Notes under the pieces: model-generated
Seen by the model: the letters and a program-made list of their open reading frames with translations, nothing else
Database searches by the model: none
Told to the model about the DNA's origin: nothing
Position numbers and translations under genes: made by a program
Part shown: piece by piece, positions 60,274 to 64,000 of the stretch
How positions within the stretch are numbered: position 1 is the first letter of the stretch
How the letters are laid out: each line of letters starts with the position of its first letter
Source of the DNA: a virus
Virus record (IMG/VR): IMGVR_UViG_3300045988_108377
Coordinates: 1-64,000 of that record
Direction: 5' to 3' (one strand)
DNA length: 64,000 nt

Positions 60274-60392
60274 AATTTTGAATGTTTAAGATGAATATTA
60301 TTTGTTTATTATTTACACTACAAAGGTATGTATTTTTCATCAAATACGCAAGTTAATAACAGATTATTTTTATCAGAAACGAAAGATTTTTT
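60274..60392 (-). promoter_or_regulatory. promoter-leader cassette, copy O
   Basis: -7 box TACCTTTG at 60321-60328. The leader GTAAATAATAAACAAATAATATTCATCTTAAACATTCAAAATT + ATG is the same subtype as copy E. Confidence 0.75.
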
Positions 60393-60394
60393 AT

Positions 60395-60432
60395 AAGAAA
60401 AATCCGTATTATCTTCGCAGACAACACGGATT
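60395..60432 (-). terminator. intrinsic terminator (minus strand)
   Basis: Stem AATCCGT (60401-60407) / ACGGATT (60426-60432), 18-nt loop, followed in minus sense by TTTTCTTAT. Confidence 0.6.
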
Positions 60433-60496
60433 GTATTCACATTTAAATTCTTCTTATTATAAACGAATAATACCTATTGAATGGTATCATAAATTA
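60396..60496 (-). ncRNA. candidate ~100-nt sRNA carrying an anti-leader seed
   Basis: A stand-alone unit between two terminators with its own -7 box (60502-60509). The longest ORF is 15 codons. Predicted 5' hairpin ATACC/GGTAT, then an unpaired stretch containing GAATTTAAATGTGAAT, then the terminator. GAATTTAAATGTGAAT is the complement of plus 60435-60450 and is 15/16 complementary to the leader ATTCACTTTTAAATTC. Confidence 0.4.
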
Positions 60497-60501
60497 TGAT
60501 G

Positions 60502-60540
60502 CAAAGATATAGATATATTTTCTTGCGTGATTAAAAATGG
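60502..60540 (-). promoter_or_regulatory. promoter of the candidate sRNA
   Basis: -7 box TATCTTTG (plus caaagata, 60502-60509) with T-rich TTTTTA 20 nt upstream. The palindrome ATCATAA-A-TTATGAT (60486-60500) sits at the predicted start site. Confidence 0.45.
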
Positions 60541-60566
60541 GCTAAAATCTACTGCATATTAATTTG

Positions 60567-60600
60567 CAGAAAAGGAGAATGGAACAATCTCCATCCTCCT
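60567..60600 (-). terminator. intrinsic terminator after 60668..61171
   Basis: 11-bp stem with one mismatch, AGGAGAATGGA (60573-60583) / TCCATCCTCCT (60590-60600), followed in minus sense by TTTTCTG. Confidence 0.55.
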
Positions 60601-60667
60601 AAAAGAACCTTCTTTTTACCCCGAAACAATTTGGTCTTTTAATTTAGAAATGTGTTTTTAAACCTTA

Positions 60668-61171
60668 TTATACATCAAAATACTCCCTTACATCGAACAC
60701 TCTATCCTTATCTTCCAATTTGTCTAAAGCCAGCATGTGAATATCGCTAAACAACTCATCATTTGGCATGTCTTCCAAAGTCTTACCGGCTATTACAGCC
60801 ACAGACTTTGCGCTATCGGAATAAATCATGTTCATGGTGACGAACAATGCCCACTTGTTGTAATAAGGCTTATCCTCCAATCGTAAACCAAGGCTCTCCA
60901 TTACCTTCTCCCACTCGGTGGAATCCCAACCACCCTTAGGATTCATATTTCCGACAATAGTCATGGCTTCCTTCTTTGTCAAGTAGTTGTCCCATTCTAT
61001 GGAGTACAGCTTGTTGACGTACTCACAAGCTAACTCTGGCTTCATAGCAGCCATATCCTGCATCATACACTTCATCGTCTCACCGAAGGCGTGCATATAC
61101 TTTGGTTCATTTGAAGTAACCATCGTATTATACAGACCATTGAAAACATTCATCAATTCTTTCTGTTCCAT
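60668..61171 (-). CDS. hypothetical protein
   Basis: 167 aa. No motif recognised. Confidence 0.55.
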   Translation of the reverse strand: MEQKELMNVFNGLYNTMVTSNEPKYMHAFGETMKCMMQDMAAMKPELACEYVNKLYSIEWDNYLTKKEAMTIVGNMNPKGGWDSTEWEKVMESLGLRLEDKPYYNKWALFVTMNMIYSDSAKSVAVIAGKTLEDMPNDELFSDIHMLALDKLEDKDRVFDVREYFDV

Positions 61172-61197
61172 ATTTAAATTAATTTTTAATGTTCATA

Positions 61198-61635
61198 CTA
61201 TTGTTCTTCTAAGAGCAAGTCTTTCAGCTCCAAGAAATCGTTCTCATTGAGGGTGATAGCCTTTTTGCTACCGAAAACTATATTTGTCAAGATGTTGTCT
61301 GGTAACGTGAGAGACACGTTTCCTTTTCCTACCACGCCTTTTACTATTCCAAGATCAAAGGAAGTATCTTCCATCGCCATAAACATCTTCATAACATCTT
61401 CAAAGATTGTCTTAGCATTGATATTTCCGTTCTCGTCAGTGAGGAACAATGCTACATTGTCAATCCCATCACTTATTTTACCTTCGTACTTGTTGATGAT
61501 ATTGTGGCAACCCCGTTTCAGATATACAGATGGTATTGCCAACGATGCATTGTCCTTTATCATATCATCAATACGCTCCTCCAACCACAAGTCGATGCTG
61601 GCGAGGAACTTTTCTTTGAGTGTAGATATATTCAT
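61198..61635 (-). CDS. hypothetical protein
   Basis: 145 aa, 4-nt overlap with the upstream ORF. Confidence 0.55.
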   Translation of the reverse strand: MNISTLKEKFLASIDLWLEERIDDMIKDNASLAIPSVYLKRGCHNIINKYEGKISDGIDNVALFLTDENGNINAKTIFEDVMKMFMAMEDTSFDLGIVKGVVGKGNVSLTLPDNILTNIVFGSKKAITLNENDFLELKDLLLEEQ

Positions 61636-62129
61636 TTCTGTGATTCTTTCTGTCTTTGTTTAACAATCTCCATAAACTCTTGCCAAGTCTTGTCACTGTA
61701 TTTCGTTATGTACTCGTTCATGAGGGCTCTTTCGCTCTCATCTGCTTGTAACGCACTCTTCTTTAGCCTCTTTATCAGAGTAAGGTGTTTATCTAATGCG
61801 TCCTTACCATCCTTCGTCTGTTCCACTAAAGGGCGCATAACACGCAAGTATTCACGTTGTAAAATGTTGGCAACCTCATTGTAGCTATCTACGAACTCCT
61901 GATTTTTGTTCAAATAGCTTTTCTGTGAGTCTGTCAAGCCGTCCATAATTTTATCTATCTCATCCCACGTAGGAGTTTTAGACTGCTGAGGCTGCATCGT
62001 GAAGCCACCTCGTTTTTGCATTTCTGCTACCTTTTTGGCATACTCGTTGTTGAGTTCTGCCATCTGGTCTATGGCGGAAGGATTCTGCTGTCCGCAACCG
62101 CCAAGGATAGGGTCTTGCATAAAGTTCAT
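61632..62129 (-). CDS. hypothetical protein
   Basis: 165 aa, helical. Confidence 0.55.
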   Translation of the reverse strand: MNFMQDPILGGCGQQNPSAIDQMAELNNEYAKKVAEMQKRGGFTMQPQQSKTPTWDEIDKIMDGLTDSQKSYLNKNQEFVDSYNEVANILQREYLRVMRPLVEQTKDGKDALDKHLTLIKRLKKSALQADESERALMNEYITKYSDKTWQEFMEIVKQRQKESQK

Positions 62130-62252
62130 AATAATATCTTTTTAAGTTGGCGAATATAGAGTAGGGAGGTGTGGGCTCACCCATAAGGATATTGCCCATT
62201 CACCAACCCTATTTCTTTTTTTTGTCTTTAGCCTTTGCAGGCTTTACCTTTA

Positions 62253-63062
62253 CTACGCTCCTGTCGTTGCTGTGGTTGCTGTTCGTTGGCAGTTGCAACC
62301 GAAAGGGCTTGCGCCCTCCAGGACTGTAACTGTCGGTGTCGAAGGCAAGCCAACAACTCCATAGAGACAGCGGCAAGTCTTACGGTCTGTGTAGTTGATG
62401 CTACGATCGTAGTGGTTTTCGATGTCGCACATCAAGAGTTTGTCCTGATATGGACGGATAGCCTCCATCACAGCGACCTTCTTGTCAAGCTCGTTGAATT
62501 TGGCTGAGTACTTTTCGTTGAGTGCATCGTATGCATCCCTCTGATTCTTGTAAAGGCTGAAACCTTGCTCTACCATCGCATCCTTTATGCGACCATCGCC
62601 TTCCGTCTGAGACTTGTAAAGGTCAAACTCTGCCTGCATACTTCTGTGGTTCTCAGCGTTAATTGCATCTACATAGCCCTTCCACAAACTGAATTTCTCG
62701 TTAACATCAGTCTCTCGATGATTGTACATTTGTCTCTCTGTGCCAAGCTTAAGATTGAACATTTCTTTGGTGAGAGACAGCTCGTCCGCACATTCCTTTT
62801 CCAACACCTCGTAAGCTGTAGGAGTGGTGTTGCTTGCTGTTAAGCCACCGTAAGTGTTGATGTTTACGTTGTCTGGCATTCCATTACCGAAAGAGCCAAA
62901 CAGACCACGACCGCCACCATTGAGCCAAGCACCTACACCGAGAGCTGTACCAGCTATACCCAAGCCGAGGGCGGTACCGGCGACACCCTTAGAAGCATAG
63001 TCGTGCTTCTTGCCATCTTCGTAGATTTTCTTCTCTACTACTTTTGCATCTGTCATTTCCAT
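62253..63062 (-). CDS. hypothetical protein with Gly-zipper-like segment and Cys-rich C-terminus
   Basis: 269 aa. GVAGTALGLGIAGTALGVGAWLNGGGRGLFGSFGNG, then a helical region, then C-terminal CRCLYGVVGL...GCNCQ. A -7 box TACCTTTG lies at 63121-63128 upstream. Confidence 0.55.
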   Translation of the reverse strand: MEMTDAKVVEKKIYEDGKKHDYASKGVAGTALGLGIAGTALGVGAWLNGGGRGLFGSFGNGMPDNVNINTYGGLTASNTTPTAYEVLEKECADELSLTKEMFNLKLGTERQMYNHRETDVNEKFSLWKGYVDAINAENHRSMQAEFDLYKSQTEGDGRIKDAMVEQGFSLYKNQRDAYDALNEKYSAKFNELDKKVAVMEAIRPYQDKLLMCDIENHYDRSINYTDRKTCRCLYGVVGLPSTPTVTVLEGASPFGCNCQRTATTATTGA

Positions 63063-63344
63063 AAAACAAATCTTTTTAGTTATCCTTAAAGTTATCTAAC
63101 ACTATTGTAACGTTACGATGCAAAGGTACAGCGAATTAATAAGAACAAATATAACTCTATCACACTTTCTTTTAGTGGTTGATTATCAGTGTTTTAAGGT
63201 GATAGTAGGTAATGTCATTTTGAGCTAATATATATTTTTAATAAAATATTGTATATAATTTCCTCGAAATATTGTATTTTAAAAACCTACGAAATCGGGG
63301 GAATTAAAATCCTTTCCAATGTTTGCAAGATTGGACAGGATTGA

Positions 63345-63377
63345 AAACAAAAAGAGAGGCAATCACTTACCTCTCTT
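63345..63377 (-). terminator. intrinsic terminator after 63382..63588
   Basis: Perfect 8-bp stem AAGAGAGG (63352-63359) / CCTCTCTT (63370-63377) followed in minus sense by TTTTTGTTTTC. Confidence 0.75.
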
Positions 63378-63381
63378 TAGC

Positions 63382-63588
63382 TTATAAGAAACAATTAAAA
63401 TACAAATACAGTCCAACTCCGAACCACATTGTCAATATCATAGTTAACATCGTTACCCAAGCCAGGAAGAACTTATCGACCTTCTCGTACTCATGCGTAA
63501 TGTATAGGTATGCAATGAACGTGCAATTAATGACGACTATCATTGCTACTATAATCAAAGTCTGAAACACAAAGTCCATAATACTCAT
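63382..63588 (-). CDS. small membrane protein (two TM)
   Basis: 68 aa. FVFQTLIIVAMIVVINCTFIAYLYI and FLAWVTMLTMILTMWFGVGLYLYF. Confidence 0.55.
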   Translation of the reverse strand: MSIMDFVFQTLIIVAMIVVINCTFIAYLYITHEYEKVDKFFLAWVTMLTMILTMWFGVGLYLYFNCFL

Positions 63589-63625
63589 ACATACTCGCTT
63601 ATCCGTAATGCGTAAGGCTTATACG

Positions 63626-63967
63626 TTATGATTTTCTCTTACTCTTTATGAAGTGCAGAATATCCCACTTCTTCCAATATCGGGTGTGCCCATGCTTTTT
63701 GCACTCGCCATTCGGAATAACACCCTTTGCAACCATACGATTGAGTGTAGCATCGGAAACGTGAAGCTTCTCTTTTACCTCCTCTGTGCTCATCATCGGG
63801 TTGAGCATATCTGGAATGATGTCACACAGTCTATCCAGGTCATCGTCACTCATACCGCAAGCGGTGACCTTCTCGCCATTTTTCTGCTGCTCGTCAGCCT
63901 TAAAGCAAGCATCGCTCAGCGACTTCAAAGCCGTGCCGAGCAACTTATAATTTAGTATCTTTCCCAT
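63626..63967 (-). CDS. AlpA/excisionase-type HTH protein
   Basis: The track start at 63973 is GTG. I prefer the ATG at 63965-63967. EEVKEKLHVSDATLNRMVAKGVIPNG...RYWKKWDILHFI fits HTH_17. Confidence 0.6.
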   Translation of the reverse strand: MGKILNYKLLGTALKSLSDACFKADEQQKNGEKVTACGMSDDDLDRLCDIIPDMLNPMMSTEEVKEKLHVSDATLNRMVAKGVIPNGECKKHGHTRYWKKWDILHFIKSKRKS

Positions 63968-64000
63968 AATCACGCACAGATTTTTCGTCCTAACTTGGTT

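Noticed and set aside
7012-60392. Could the repeated ~110-bp elements be a CRISPR array or MITE-type mobile elements?
   Set aside because: Spacing between copies is 0.7-17 kb and filled with genes. Every copy is oriented with the genes, contains a -7/-33 promoter consensus and ends exactly at a start codon. I saw no terminal inverted repeats or target-site duplications.
1-64000. Stop-codon reassignment (TAG or TGA recoding), as in some gut Bacteroidota phages
   Set aside because: Only two isolated in-frame stops were noticed (45431 TAA and 58618 TAG). Long late genes (1435, 899 and 453 aa) are uninterrupted under the standard code, and no suppressor tRNA gene was seen.
1-64000. Diversity-generating retroelement, retron or other RT-based system
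   Set aside because: No reverse-transcriptase-like ORF (YxDD motif context) and no template/variable repeat pair were seen near the tail genes.

Overview
The window is one contiguous piece of a temperate tailed phage or prophage, probably sipho-like, from a Bacteroidota host. Host evidence: many exact TAnnTTTG -7 promoter boxes, most genes without a Shine-Dalgarno, a long Bacteroidetes-type MetK, and a Bacteroides-type tyrosine integrase. I count about 110 genes, nearly all on the minus strand.

Layout, left to right:
- 1-7056: small accessory genes of unknown function.
- 7563-8537: amino-DNA methyltransferase plus a small regulator.
- 8890-9462: an opposite-strand secreted-protein moron.
- 9619-23526: tail and packaging block with a 1435-aa tape measure, an 899-aa tail protein, TerL, an SNF2 helicase and a possible TerS. 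No portal or capsid gene is recognisable in the window.
- 24109-28052: an operon with a CmoA-like carboxy-SAM synthase, two ParB/Srx-domain paralogs and a ParB-methyltransferase fusion, led by a double-HTH regulator.
- 28400-37300: an array of small genes, each behind a near-identical ~110-bp promoter-leader cassette.
- 37398-41911: one operon carrying a lysis cassette fused to metK-mtnN-luxS.
- 42030-55307: dUTPase, YopX, nucleases, a replication initiator with internal iterons, helicase, VRR-NUC, a permuted C5-methyltransferase, and a Sak4-like ATPase/nuclease/SSB recombination module.
- 55431-58393: genetic switch with a plus-strand repressor and integrase.
- 58660-64000: RadC and further unknown genes.

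Most interesting points:
1. The CmoA/ParB/methyltransferase operon, which I propose as a candidate DNA carboxymethylation or other hypermodification system. It is supported by a phage-encoded SAM supply and SAH-removal set (metK, mtnN, luxS).
2. At least 11 copies of a conserved terminator/promoter/5' leader cassette, analogous to T4 PeSL elements.
3. Two small promoter-to-terminator units with no meaningful ORF that carry the antisense of the shared leader. These are candidate trans-acting anti-leader sRNAs.

No rRNA, tRNA, CRISPR array, transposase or reverse transcriptase was seen. All functional calls rest on by-eye motif recognition and need profile searches to confirm.
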